From: Amoebidium appalachense
Lineage: Eukaryota; Protista; Ichthyosporea
Direction of reading: 5' to 3'
NCBI GenBank assembly: GCA_963693365.1
Contig: CAVNZM010000012.1
Location: 3,671,617 to 3,735,616, forward strand
Length of the DNA: 64,000 bases
Within the stretch, counting starts at the first letter, position 1, and each line of letters begins with the position of its first letter. The notes below the pieces were generated by a model, which did no database searches, was not told where the DNA came from, and saw nothing but the letters and a program-made list of their open reading frames with translations. Made by a program: the position numbers and the translations under genes. Below are positions 1-30,206 of this stretch, piece after piece.

Positions 1-308
1 TCACAAACCTCTCAGCCTCAATCCAAATCCCTCTTAACTTTCCCTGTACCCCCCTACCCCCCCCCCCCCCCCCCCCCCCCCCAAACACACACACAAACAC
101 ATACACAGGCACACACACACACACCCTCTCCTTTATGCTGCAGGCACACAAACACACTAGTACCTCACAAACCTCTCAGCCTCCATCCAATTACCTCTTA
201 ATATTCCCTGTACAGCCCCCCCCCCCCCCCCCCCCCCCCTCCCCTCTCTCTCTCTCTCCCCCCCGCCCCTCCCCCCTCCCCCCAAACAATAAATCCCAAC
301 TCTCAAAA

Positions 309-378
<70 letters not shown>

Positions 379-434
379 ACACACGCACTCATTCACACAC
401 CCCCACCTCCCCACCTTCGCCTCCGTACTTGCAG

Positions 435-1120
435 GCTTTATCGCCCCCAGTATCTTCACCTCCCTCCTCATCTTCTTGCCTGCCCCCGTCCATTTCCATC
501 TCCTCTCTCGGTATCCTTTTGTCTCTAATCTCTCTCATATCCCAATCTCTCATATCTCTCATACTTCATACTTCATCTCTCATATCTCTAATGTATTGTA
601 TCTCATATCTCTTGTATCTCTCATATCTCCCATATCTCGTATATCTCATATATCTACACTCATATCTCTCATATCTCTCATGTCTTGTTTCTCTTATATC
701 TCTTATATCTCTTATATGTCTCATCTCTCATATCCCTTAGATATCTCATCTCTCATATCTCTTAGATATCGTATCTCTCATAAGTTCCTATCTCTCTCAT
801 ATCTCCCATGCCTCTTATATCTCATGTATCTACACTCATATCTCTCATATCTCACACATCTCTTACATATCTGCAGGTACCCCAAGCACCGGCCCATCCC
901 CTATCCAATCAACGCCACCCGCCCAGCTTACGAAGTTGTTTTGGATATGCCAAACGGCACAATCTACAACGACACGAAGGAACATGTAAATGCAAACTGT
1001 GAATGGCCCGAGGATGAATATGAAAAGGGGAGAATACTGGTGTGGCCCAGAGATGGACACAGGTGGAGGTTGTTCTACTGGCCGCATTATGCGGATGTAA
1101 AGGTGTGTGTGTGCGTGTGT

Positions 1121-1152
<32 letters not shown>

Positions 1153-1840
1153 GGGGGGGGGGGGGCGGGATGGGAGGAATTGGCGGGGGAGGGGTGAGGG
1201 GGGGAGGGGGGGGGGGGGGGGTCAGTTGGTTGGGTGGGTGGGTGGATGGATGTGTAGTTGGGTGGGTGGATGAGTGGGTGGATGGGTGTGGTTGTGGGTG
1301 TGGCGTGTGTGTGCGTGTATGTGTGGGTGTGTGGGTGTGTGGGTGTGTGGGTGTGTGGGTGTGTGGGTGTTGCCTTTGCCTTTATTGTTGGTGAAGGGGC
1401 CCAGAAGGACGGGGAGAGGGGGGGGGGGGGGGGGGGGGGGATTGCGGTTGGGTGGATGCCATTTCTTGGATACTGAAACACGAGCATACACATTCCTGCT
1501 TTTTTGTTTGTTTATAAATATGCACACAGCTTTACTCCAATCCATTCCTATTTTCCACACAAAACCCTGCCCTATTTAATTAGGGTATATCTTTCCCATG
1601 TTCCCAGCTCTTATCCCGAACCTTTATTCCCTACAGAACTACCACATACTCGATCGTGGGTTTGAGCGTGTGTGGCTGTACCAGAACCACGGGCGTATTG
1701 TTCTCTCGTACGACGATGGGAGCTTTGTGCCGCCCCCGCTGGCGCCAGAAATCGAACAGAAGATGTTGCATTATGGCATCAGCAATGGGTTTGATGGGTT
1801 GCCCTACCCATTCCCGAACAAACCATTGCCTTTGGAGTGA
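435..1840 (+). CDS. 3' exons of an unknown protein-coding gene (5' part lies outside the window)
   Basis: Exons 435-510, 877-1102 and 1637-1840 have AG/GT boundaries and matching phases. They give ...FIAPSIFTSLLIFLPAPVHFHLLSRYPKHRPIPYPINATRPAYEVVLDMPNG...WPHYADVK-NYHILDRGFERVWLYQNHG...PNKPLPLE*. One hydrophobic segment; no family recognised. Confidence 0.7.
511..870 (+). repeat. Degenerate TATCTC/ATATCTC simple satellite filling an intron
   Basis: Dozens of imperfect (A)TATCTC(TC) units between the donor at 511 and the acceptor at 876. Confidence 0.85.
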
Positions 1841-2357
1841 ATGTGGTGTTGTAGTTGTGGATTAGTGGGGCTTTTCCTCCCTTCCCTTTTCTCTTTGCCT
1901 TTTTTTTTTCTCCTTTTTTTTTTCGTTCTTTCCCTCTCTCTTTTGTCTTTCTTTCTTTCTTCCTTTTTTTTTTTTTTTTTTTGATACCTAAAAGCCTGCG
2001 GTGACGTCCCCGTGCTTTTGATCGCTGAAGGAATGAATGCCTTCGAATATTACTGATTCGCCTTTTTGCACCCAACTTTTGGCGTTACAATTGACGAATC
2101 GCTAGGAACCCCTACAAGCTCTCGAAACATCATGTGATATGTTCTGATCTGAAAGACCATATGGCATTTGTTTCTTTCTTCATCTAGACTGCCATAGATA
2201 CTGAAGAAAATTCTATTTTCAGACCCTTTCTTCTCTGCCTCGATTTTTCGCCCACAGACTATTATTCTTTTTTAGTATTAAGTTGTGGCAATGCTTTTTG
2301 AGTCTGGCTGCGTTGTAGTGACGACATCAGCACTGTGGTGGTTGTGTGTGTGTGTGT

Positions 2358-2406
<49 letters not shown>

Positions 2407-2457
2407 GTGTGTGGCTGTGGGTGTGTGTGTATGTGTGGTGGTGGTGGTGGTGGTGGT

Positions 2458-2491
<34 letters not shown>

Positions 2492-2979
2492 GAAGGGGGG
2501 CACACCGCAAAAAGTGTGTTGAATACGCTGCCATGACTTTGCATGCTGACCTTTATGTGTGTATGTACAGTTTAACCTGAAATATTCCGTGTACATTTGA
2601 TCCAAGCATATAGCGTGATTTTTAATCACAACATGATAAGTCTTTCTGTAAGCAAGCGCCCCAATCTGTAATCCAGTGCAACCCCGGTGGTGCAAATATG
2701 AGTGCACCCCAAGATACACGTTTTCAGTAAAGGAGTTTTTCTATTGGATTCCCAAACTCATTTCATTTAGTTTCACGGCATTGTTTCCTAACAATCCGTG
2801 AGCCAAATATGTCGTTTGGAATTGCCTGATCTCGCTTGGTTCTGATCTGCCTGTATATATTCTAAGCTCCCCCCCCCCCTCGCCGTTCCCCTCCCCCCTC
2901 CCTCCCCCCCTAAATCCTAAGCTCGAGCTTAGATGTGCTTGTGGTACATTCTTAAAGGGTTGATGAATGCACGTGTGTA

Positions 2980-3871
2980 TCACCTACACACGTGCACCAT
3001 GGGCTTTGCAAGCATCTTCTGCGTGTAGGTCAAATCCAAAGGCCCGAGAGGGGTCGCTCCTTCTATAACCTTCTCGAAGCTCAACACTTCAAACACCACG
3101 TGTTCCCTTTCGTCGACATCCTTTTCATCATCCCCTCTTTCTCTTTGTGTGTGTGCACGTGTTTTCACAGGGGCCAACCCAACACACACGCAATGGTCGT
3201 CATCTAGATACGACTGCTCAAACGTCCATCCGTCTATTTTTGTCCCATTGACGTGGACCACGGCGGAAGTTTCCAGTTGGGAAAACGGCGCCGATGGGAA
3301 ATTCTCGTGGCGGCGACGCAGATGCATGGGATTTGATTGGTGGAAATCGAGCTGGCCCAGATCTATCTGCAACCCCAGGCCCACGGCCTTAATATAGGCC
3401 TCCTTGAGTGTCCAAATGCGGTAAAAATGTTCGAGCGGCGATTGTGATTGGTAAATTTCATCCCATTCGTTGTCACTGAGTTGCGGCCGCATGAGGGCCA
3501 GGAGAGAATCGACCGTTTCGGGGGGGGTCGGGGGGGTCAAACGTCATCACGTCGACACCCACATCGCGCCCCTTTTCGGCGGCCAAAACGGTGAAGTTTC
3601 CGTGATGTGCAACGTTGAATGAATAGCCCTGCGATTGGTGGAAGGGAATATGGTCAGATGTGAGATATGGCTGAAAGCGGGGAGGGCGGGGGGGAGAAGG
3701 GAGGGAGGGAGGGGGAGGGGGGAGGGCAAAGGTGGTAAGGGGGTATGGGGAGGGGGGGAGGGGGGGGGAGGGGGGGGGGGGGGGAGGAAAGGTGAGGAAG
3801 GGAACCTATAAACGAGACAGACTTTTGTTGAAAACACTATACCATGTTCTCACGAAAGGTGTGTGTGTGTG

Positions 3872-3915
<44 letters not shown>

Positions 3916-4020
3916 GGGGGGGAGGGAAAGGTGAGGAAGGGAACCTTTAAACGAGACAGACTTTTGTTGAAAACAGTATACCATGTTCTCACGAAAGGTG
4001 TGTGTGTGTGTTTGGGGGGT

Positions 4021-4067
<47 letters not shown>

Positions 4068-5428
4068 GAACAAGGTGCTTTAGAGAAGGGTTTAAAGAGG
4101 ACATGTTCGCGAAAAAAGTCTTAGAGGTAAGCTAAAGGGGGGGGGGGGGGGGGTTGAATGCGTCAAAAAGCACGAAGTACACAAGAAAAAACGGATAACA
4201 CGATGCAGAATGCAAGCCATACATAAAGAGTATGCATAATAAGCAGAGCCCATCCTCGGGGGGACACGTGAAATGAGAGCGGAAGTTCAGGCAGGAGGGA
4301 GAAGGCTAAGCCAAAAAAAAAAAAAAAAAAAAGGCGCACCCAAGGTGGCAGAGCAATGGTGGGGAGGAGGGGGGGGGAGAGGGGGAGGGTGCGTTCATAC
4401 AGGGCATCACCAAATACAAATACCCTTACAATAATTCGGAAAGGGGCAACCAATTAGTATGTGTGACGGTGATGGCCAGGAGGGGAGGGGGGGGGGGGGG
4501 GGAGGGGGGGGGGAGAGGGGGGAGAGGAGGAAGGAGGTGGGGGGAAGGAGGAGGTAAGGAAAGGATGTTTGCACATGTGCTGACACAAATGTGTCACGAC
4601 GTGTCTGCTGTTGGGTGTTTCTGTATGTGCATATGACCGTGTGTGTGTGTAAGTTTAAACGTCATTCTTAGAAAACGTTGCAGAAGTTGTAGGTGCCTTG
4701 CAAGAAGGAAAAGAGGTGCAAGAAAGTTCAGACATGAGAACAGGAAGCCATAGAAGGTAACATATACTAAGGAACGTCGTGAGTGATGGCAAGATTGAGG
4801 AGAGAAAAAGGTGAAAATAACGTGTATTATAGAGAGTGCCAAAAATAAGAGTATGAATGCACAAGAGAGAAAGAGTCAGGGATAGTCAAGCGTCAAGTAC
4901 ACTTGCTACAGAAATAGAAGCACTTAGAAATGGCCATCCCGAACAGAAGCAAAGAGGCGTGATGGTGCAAAGACAAACCGTGAGTTGGGAACGAGGTGTG
5001 AAGAGGAGAGGAGGAAGGGGAGAGGGGAGAAAGGGAAGGGAGGGAGGGGAAGGGGGGGAGAGCGAGAAGGGGAGGGGCAGAGGGTAAGGGAGGAAAGGGG
5101 GAGGGAGGGAGGGAGGAAAGAGGAGGGGGGAGGGGGGAGGGGGGGAGGGGGTACTGGCCACCTTTGCCTCGTCATCGACCTCGTTTGCCACATAGGGCTT
5201 GTTGGCCTTTGTCCTCGACAGCGCAATGTCCTCCCAGCCAATTCCTAAGCGGTGGCCCGCAGCACGACGCAGGAGCAACCGGCCTGCAAGAGCCAACCGC
5301 GCGTCTTTTTGGTAGACAAAACGTGAGATGCGCTCCTTTTCCTCCGGCTGTATGCACGCTATGGCATAGGCTAGTTGCTCGGCGGTAGGTTGCCAGGCCG
5401 CAACATCAAATGCCCAACGGAGACTCAT
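2980..5428 (-). CDS. AASDHPPT: Sfp/Lys5-type 4'-phosphopantetheinyl transferase (L-aminoadipate-semialdehyde dehydrogenase-PPTase)
   Basis: Exon 1 is 5428 to about 5162 (MSLRWAF...IQPEEKERISRFVYQKDARLALAGRLLLR...LSRTKANKPY). Exon 2 is 3628-2980 (SFNVAHHG..VGVDVM...FYRIWTLKEAYIKAVGLGL). These are the PPTase KP, FNxSH, GxD and WxxKEAxxKAxG motifs. One surplus base in the C-runs at 3520-3536 shifts the frame, probably a homopolymer error. Confidence 0.92.
3786..4012. repeat. Intronic tandem duplication, period about 139 bp
   Basis: GGAAAGGTGAGGAAGGGAACC..AAACGAGACAGACTTTTGTTGAAAACA.TATACCATGTTCTCACGAAAGGTGTGTG occurs at about 3786 and 3925, each copy followed by poly-G. Confidence 0.85.
4154..4257 (-). 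mobile_element. Copy of a dispersed short element (AGGATGGGCTCTGCTTA...CGCATTCAA followed by poly-C)
   Basis: The reverse complement reads GAGGATGGGCTCTGCTTATTATGCATACTCT...GTGTACTTCGTGC...CGCATTCAACCCC, matching copies at 15730, 16183, 33217, 34482 and 43371. Confidence 0.7.
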
Positions 5429-6235
5429 TCTTGCTTATGCGTTTAGATGTTAAACTTTTTCTTTGTTCCTTTCTGTCTTTATTTTCTTTGTTGGGGGGAG
5501 GAGGGGGGGGGGGGGGGGGGGGGGGAGAGATGAAGGTGAGGGGAAGGAGGAGGGGGGGGGGGGGGGGAGGGGGGGAAGTGGGCGATAAGAGGGGGGGAGG
5601 AGGTGGGGAGGAGGGGGGGGGGGGGGGGGAGGGGGGGAGGGGGGGGGTATTTCAAGCGCGTGTCTGTGTGCGATTTCTGCACGTAACCGTCAAGTTGTTT
5701 TTTTCAAGAAGAAACTTTGACTGGAATCCGGGTCACTGAGGTAACCACGATCGGCGCAGCTAGCTGTTGCTGCATGTTCCATTGAAGATGTGGAGCACAG
5801 TGTTCTCATGACTGATCCTTCCAAATAAGGTCACTCAAAAACACCTAATAAGGCTATTTGGCTCACTCTTATCGGCGCGCGATCAATCGCCTCGTTTTTT
5901 TTTTTTTGTTCAAGTCTGTTCATGATCATTTTCTGTTTCTCTTCGGAAGAGCTTCAGTGAGTAGCCTATACGCATCGTAGCTACACTAATGTCGTGAGTG
6001 TTGGAGAGTTTGGGAAGGTACATGCACACGCATTAAATTTCGGTAAGGAGAAGCTAGTATAGTCAGTGTGTGGGTGATATGGTAATAGGACACCATCATC
6101 GTAGGCTCTTGCTGGGTTTTTTCACTCGTTGTTTGACAAAGAGGAAGGATATATGACTCCTCCTAAAACTAAAACAATTCCCGTTGACTTTTAATAACCA
6201 CAATATGAACCACTTGTAGGATCGTAAAAGTAAGA

Positions 6236-23140
<16,905 letters not shown>

Positions 23141-23679
23141 ATCCGAAAATTTCCTGCAAATTTCACAGTAATGGAAGAAAATTCTTTTTTGTTTACTCCT
23201 GTTTTCTCGTACATGTCATACACACCTCAAAATTGTAAATTACTAATGATACAGTTTGAATACTGCCTTCATTTACGTTGTTTCTCTCTTGTATGTTGTT
23301 ACAATAAACAATTGATTTGTAAGTCTATGCCGCTGGATCTTAGAACTGTCCCCAAATTTACTGCTAAACTTCGGTCTTCACCTTGTTCGGCAGCTCTGCT
23401 GTTCGTTCTCTAGCATTGTGCCGCTATCATAGGTAGGTTTAAATCTGTATATCATCATTCACATACACTAGTCAGTTTAGAGGCCTATACATTGCGTAAA
23501 ATCAATTTCTCGTTAACCCTACTTGACAATAAAAACTGTTGCAGTAGGCTGACATCGTCGTAGCACCCCCATCATATTTTGATTCTATACATTGGGCTAA
23601 CCCTTCCTGTTTCATCATTCACAATAGTAGTTTGGTTTTTTTTTTTGTTTTTTTTGTTTGTTTTTTTTGTTTTTTGTTT

Positions 23680-23728
<49 letters not shown>

Positions 23729-24235
23729 CTGCCCATGTTATCTCGTTCTTGAACGGAAGACGTGGTGTGGGGGCACTTTTGCGATGCGAAAAAGGCATCG
23801 TGTATAGAAATGCAAGTATATGTCAGTTTGTCCGGTGGCACCACACCAGTGGAGCGTGGTATTTTGAACATAATTCAGTAAACACAGCCATGTGCTTCTT
23901 GTACAAATATGCATGTCTGTGTGTGTGTACGTGCGTCGCGCGCCGTGCACGGCACATATGCTCCACGTGTGTGCGCAGGCGTGTGTGAGCGCGTAAATGT
24001 GCTCTTACGTGCCTGCATGAGAGTGTGTGTGCGCGTGCGTGTGTGCTTGCATGCATATGTGGTGTACGTGTGTGTTGCATTGCCAAGTATGCCCAAGTGC
24101 GAGAGCAAATGTCCAAATTCATCACAGGTGTCTGGCTGTTTGGGTCCCCATAATGGTGTGTAATTTGAAGGTATATATACATGCGTCGATTCCAACCGTC
24201 TAATATTATTTCTTTCTTTCTTTCTTTTCTTTTTT

Positions 24236-24281
<46 letters not shown>

Positions 24282-24509
24282 TCAAACCAAGTCCGTGATG
24301 TAATGTTGACCCACGCGCACATGGCTGAAACTTATTATCAGGGCACAAGTAATGAACATGTGTATGTGATTATTGTCTTATTCCCTATATATCACCGTAG
24401 TTACCATGCATCTTAGTTATCATCTAATCCTGTTAGTTTGATGCCTTAATCCGATGCATTTATGCGTACCTACATCTACTGTTTCGTGTATGTCACGCTG
24501 AAGTTACTG

Positions 24510-24562
<53 letters not shown>

Positions 24563-25081
24563 TTGAGGGAGGGTGACAACTGGTAGCATGGTTATATATA
24601 GCAACACCTTTATTATGCCTCCTTTTTCCATCAAATCTTATTACAGAGAGATGCTTTCAAGAACACGTTCATACAGGAAGGCAAAGAAAAAACAAGGTCT
24701 GCAAGTAGCAGTAACTTAACGTACTGGCATCGGGTGTATTCGAATCTTCGGAAACTTTTTTTTAAACCACGTGTACGAAATAACACAACATTTGCTCGCA
24801 TTATGTACATTCTCAACTTGCAATGCACTTGTGCGCACGTGTGTTAAAGTTCTTCAGATACATCAGGGTTTCTGTTTGGTACCTAGTATATGCTCTAGGA
24901 TCATCAAGGAAACAAACTTTCATTAATCACATGACCAGAACTACCATGTATCATCTTCAAAATTAAGGCCGTATTGACAGTGGGTGACTGTACACATTTT
25001 TTTTTGTGCCTCTTTGCCGAATGTGGTGTGTGCCCGTGTGTGAAAGGGGGGGGGGGGGGGGGGGGGGGGGGGCGGGGGGTC

Positions 25082-26088
25082 TTAAGCAGCAGCCACAACA
25101 CCCTCCTTCTCCTTCTCGTTCTCCATACCAGCCCCGGGCGCAACCTCACGACACGGCCAGAGATAAACATTCATAGGACCCCCCGGGTAGAGAGTAATCG
25201 CCGAAAATGGCTGGATATCCTGTCCTGCGACCATCTCGACACTGTAATTCTGCACCAGCCTGGCCAAAAACAGTCTGTGCTCAGTCTGGGCAAACCTCCA
25301 GCCGACGCACATTTTCAGCCCGTGGCCGAACGGGAGATATGCGAACTTTCCGGCGTCTTCCGCGAGCCACCTCTCTGGTTCAAATTCCAAGGGGTTCGAC
25401 CAATAGCGTGCGTCGCGGTGCATTCCATAGAGGTTGATCATGAGCTTGGTACCGGCGGCAATGTGGTGGCCGAGAATCGTGACGTCACGGGATGTCTCGC
25501 GTGAGCTGTTGGGGGAGGGGGGGTGTTAGTATACGTGTGTGTTTGTGGGGCGGGGGGAGGGGGGGGGGGGGGGGGGGGGATGGAGGGTGGAGGAAGGGAT
25601 GAGGACGGATGTGATTGGGTGGGCTCGTGTGTACGTGTGGATGTATTTACAACAGGCCATTTTGGAAGGAGGATAGAAAGGAAGAAAAGAAATAGAAGTT
25701 ATGGGCGAGGAAGGGATGAGGGTTTGAGGGCTGTGTGTTGACTGGCTGAATGTTTTTTGTTACGGGGAGCTGGGAGGAGGAGGGTGGGGAGGGGGGGGGG
25801 GGGGGGGGGGGGAAGGGAGAGAGAGATTGGGGAGAAAAGGGCGGGAGGAGTAGGGGAGTGGGAAGAGGGAGGAGGTGGGGGGGGGGGGGGGGGGGGGGGG
25901 GCATGTAAGTACATACATGATGGGCGCGGGGGAGTAGATGCGCATGGTCTCCTTGATAAATGCCTCCAGATAGGGCTGTGGGGGAAGAAATAGGAATTGG
26001 TTAGTGCGTAGAAAAAGGGAGAAAGGAAAACGGGGGAAGACCGGGCGCAGGGGGGCGCGGGGGGGGGGGGGGGGGGGGGAGGGGGGAA

Positions 26089-26126
<38 letters not shown>

Positions 26127-26290
26127 GGACGCTCAGGTTTGAGAGAGGGAATTTCACAAGAATGCGATAGGGAAGGAAGAACGGGTATCACTAATAATCT
26201 TGGGAAGTGAAACAAAACTAAACAGGAAAAGACTTTAAGGAGGGTGGGGGGAAGGGAGGGAGTTGGGGGTGAGGGGGGGGGGCTGGGGAA

Positions 26291-26323
<33 letters not shown>

Positions 26324-28187
26324 AAAATACCATCTTCTGCACGTCGTCATATGTGGGCTTGCGGTCAGCACAGACGGCGGCAATCTCCGTGCGCAGTTTG
26401 AGGGCCTTGGCTGGGTGCTGGGCTAGCATGTACACTAACCACATGGTGGTGGCCGACGTGGGTCCGTGGCCTGTACCCATATAACCATATATGGTTAGTG
26501 AACCATATAATCATATATGTTGGCGTGACGGAAAGACAGAAACGGGGGGTAAATCAAAACGACTGAGGAAGAAAGATAATCTGGTTGACAACCCTTGGGA
26601 GTGGTTCGGGCATGGGACAAGGGGCAAGGAAGGGAGAGGAAGACTGGGTGGGGCGGGGAGGGAGGGAGGGGAATGGGGGTCACTGTACCTGCGAGGTAGA
26701 ACATCATGATCTCGTCCAGAATCTCCTGCTGGGTCAGGCCAGGCACACCCGTGGTCTTCTCCTCTACACGGGTGGCTAGCATCACGTCGAGCTGTGTGGT
26801 GATTGGCTGGTTAAAACTAACATGATAGGTGGTTGGCTGGACAAAAACTAACAAGGTTAGGTGGTTGGTCGTATGGTTGAACAATGAAAGTGAAAAAGCA
26901 GGGTGACAGTTGTGGTAGAGGAAGGGGGGGGGGGGGGGGGGGGGGGGGGTGGGACGGGGAGGGAGGTGAGGGAGGGAACCTCAGTGAAAGGATGTAACGT
27001 GGCAGGGGAGAGGGCATGGAAAGAGATCGATGGGGTCGGGGGGAGGGGGGGATGGAGGGGTGGATAGGTGCGTTTAGAAAGAGAAAGAAAAGAGATGGAA
27101 AAGGGGCTTGGGGGGAGGGGGGGGGTGGGGGGAGGGGGGAGGGGGGGGGATGAGTGGGGAGGGGGGGAGGGGGGAGGGGAAGAGTCATACCATGTCCTTC
27201 TTTTTGTCAGCCTGCTGTGGCAGGGGCATGCCATTGCTGTCCGTCTTCTTATCCAGTAGGCTGGCAACCAGAGCATGAGCCTTGTTTAGGCAAGTGCGCC
27301 AGAGCGCATTCCCCTTAAAGATGATGGGCCACAGCCATGGGTAAGGAACCGGGCTGCGTTGAAGCAGACCCTTCCCGACCTCCTTTAAGTATTCCTCGTG
27401 CCGCGCACCCTCGTTAAAGTCGGTGCCGAAAGCGGATTTGCCGATTACGTTCATGCCAAAGGATCGCATCTCGTGGACCATTTCGATTGGCTGGCCCTTG
27501 GGAACGGGACCCGTGCTCAGTTTGTGTTCGAAGCCGTCCATCTCTCTGCGAGAAGAAACCTTGTAAGGAAAAATCCCCTTCGGTCTGAGACAGTTTCTAA
27601 GCAAAGTTGCACATAACTCCAATTTCAGTGGATTTTTTCTACCTTGCCTGGCGTTCACAGGTTGTGAAGGAGATTAGGAGAGTGGAATGTGCTTGTTTTC
27701 TGTGTGTGTGTGTGTGTGTGCGGAGATGGAGGGGAAGGGTGGGATTTGGGGGTGTTGGGGGGGCGGGGGGAGGGGGTTGGGGGGGGGGGGGGGGGGGTAA
27801 ATACTTACGTGCTGACACAGTCGTGAATGTAGCGCAGCTGTGCGGTTGAGAAAAGAGGAGTCAAGAGCTTGCGGTGGCGCTTGTGTGCATCCCCTTTGAG
27901 CGCAAGAAGACCATTCGTTGCAACCTGCCAATCAAACGTCAGCAAACCCCATATGCGGCGCAGAATCATGCCCACGTGTGTAGAAGTGCATTTAGTGCAT
28001 TCAGTGGAAACAGGTTGTATGGACTATAAAAAATGATTGCCTAAGTGTATGTGCTTTTTGGGTTGGAGGGGCCCCGAAGGGGGGGGGGGGGGGTCTAAAT
28101 GGCGTCGGACGAGGCAGGTAGATGACGGATGTGGGCGGGAAGGGGGGGGGGGGGGGGGGGAAGGGGCAGGAGGTTTGTTGTGTGTAT

Positions 28188-28233
<46 letters not shown>

Positions 28234-28964
28234 CAACCTCGCCAAAAACCTTTCCCATAGCCTTCGACATGGGGTACGTTTCCGTGTCGGAGAGGATCAT
28301 CTTTATGGCTTCATATTCGCTAATTACAATGAGGTTCTTGTTGAGGAGGGGGAAGGAGTAGATGGGCCCGAGTGTGTTGCCCCACTGCGTGAGTGTCTTG
28401 TAGAGTGTGCCCTTCTTGATCATTTCTTGGTACTCGAAGAATAGCCCTAGAAGCTGCGTGTGTGTGCAGGAAGTGGATGTTAGTGGTGTTTAAGAAAACG
28501 GTTGAACTGAATGATATAATCATCTTACAGTTATAATATGTTCTATTAACTGCACCTCAGCTATCAACGTTACTGTATGCTTTCCACATGCTGGCATATT
28601 ATGATATTTGCTGGGGTAACAACATATAGTGTCTTTGTCTGCAGTAGATTATTGCTGTGCAGTTTGATAAAGAAGCACAACTGCTCATGCACACACAGTT
28701 GTTCAGCACAAAAACATAGTGCCGTGCCAGAAAACTTAAAAAGAAACCTCAATTAGATCCGTTGTTAATTTGTGGTTATATTAGATCAATGAACACAAAG
28801 TTTAACAAGCTGAGTCGTTGCGCACACGGATATTCAAAGGCACATCTACCCACCTTGTTTGTGGATGGAACGAACGGCATGCCGGCAGGAAGGGAAGGGC
28901 GGAGGAGCGACTTGCAAAGCCAAATGGCCGAAAGAACGGCCACAACAACAAGACCCAGCAGCAT
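25082..28964 (-). CDS. Cytochrome P450 (microsomal type), 8 exons
   Basis: Exons 28964-28854, 28453-28238, 27924-27809, 27545-27191, 26791-26689, 26470-26331, 25975-25917 and 25505-25082 are phase-consistent. N-terminal TM anchor and Pro hinge; C-helix HKRHRKLLTPLFS; I-helix FYLAGHGPTS; K-helix ETMR; PERW; heme loop PFGHGLKMCVG. Confidence 0.95.
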
Positions 28965-29385
28965 TTCCGGTGTGTGCCTAATCTCACTATAGAGCTTACG
29001 TTTTTTTCTTGAGGTTACTTTTCTGCCTATAACCCGGGTGATTCGAAATCCTAAGGCAGGTGTGTGTTGTGTGTTCATACGTGGTGAATTCCAAATTAAA
29101 GAAGTCAGCCTACGTATTCTTGGATTATCTTCACTGCTTACACGGGAGGAGTAAATATGCAATGCTTGTAATAAAAAAGGCACATGTGGCACTTAAGCGA
29201 TATGCTGATATATTTTAAGGAAGCACACACCGATGCAAATTTTGAGGTTCAAACGAACAGAATTCTGATCTGGTCGTGGTGTGGGAATGGCTTTATATAC
29301 TATCGGACTGCTTCAAGGCTAAGCGATCCTATTGGTCAAACAAAATTCCTGACAACCGATTGGGTGCTTTTGAAGCGAGTGGCGC

Positions 29386-29709
29386 CGGGGTGTGGCAGAG
29401 CCTCAACGACTTGACTTGACTTATGGTTATAATTGTTTGCTCGGTTTGATGACTTGACTTGACTTGAAGTCGCGACTTGGAGGGGCAATATTTTTAGTAA
29501 CTCCTCCGGCCCACCAGTGGCCGGCTGGGCCACGGGCGGGCATTGCGCCCCCCCCTTCCAACCCACCCTCATATGCTTTCCCACCCCAAGCCCCCCTCCC
29601 CCCTTCAAGTCACTCCTATGTCAGGCCTCGTGCCCTGACTTGACTTGGTTGATGTCAGGGTGCTTGGTGACTTCAAGTCGCAACTTGAAGTCAAGTCGCC
29701 ACACCCCTG
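29386..29709. mobile_element. Degenerate hAT-like non-autonomous element (MITE remnant)
   Basis: Left end CGGGGTGTGGC..CGACTTGACTT mirrors right end AAGTCAAGTCGCCACACCCCTG; multiple internal GACTT/AAGTC subterminal repeats. No target-site duplication found. Confidence 0.55.
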
Positions 29710-30206
29710 GCCGGGAATCGGGATGAGTACAATAAAATAAAAACCTACAAGCATGCATATATGCTCAAGGGAAGCGCAGGGTTAGCCTTAATCAAAAAGC
29801 GAGTTGGTTCATATTTTCGTACATATATAGAATCGTATGTACACCAGATTTTGTTGATGATTTGAATTTTGAATGGAGAATTGGAAACGTGATATCAGAT
29901 TTTATTAGATTGCCTTGAACTTGAGCCCGTTTTTCAGGCAAATCCATTTATATCACCGGAAGTAGATATTTGATTACAGAAAGGTAATATTTAACAAATG
30001 AAAACCGAAAAGGGGCAAAGCTCGATGGTTGTTAATTGCTACTTGAATACAATAACAGAAGTCGACGACGACGGTATTACAGTAAAAACTGAAACATTCG
30101 AGGATTTCCGATTGGACCGGTTGCTGAACCGCCATCTGATTTATAAGGTCTAAATTTAGATGGCCCAATCAAATGGAAGTAAACTAAATTAGAAGTCTGC
30201 GTCATA

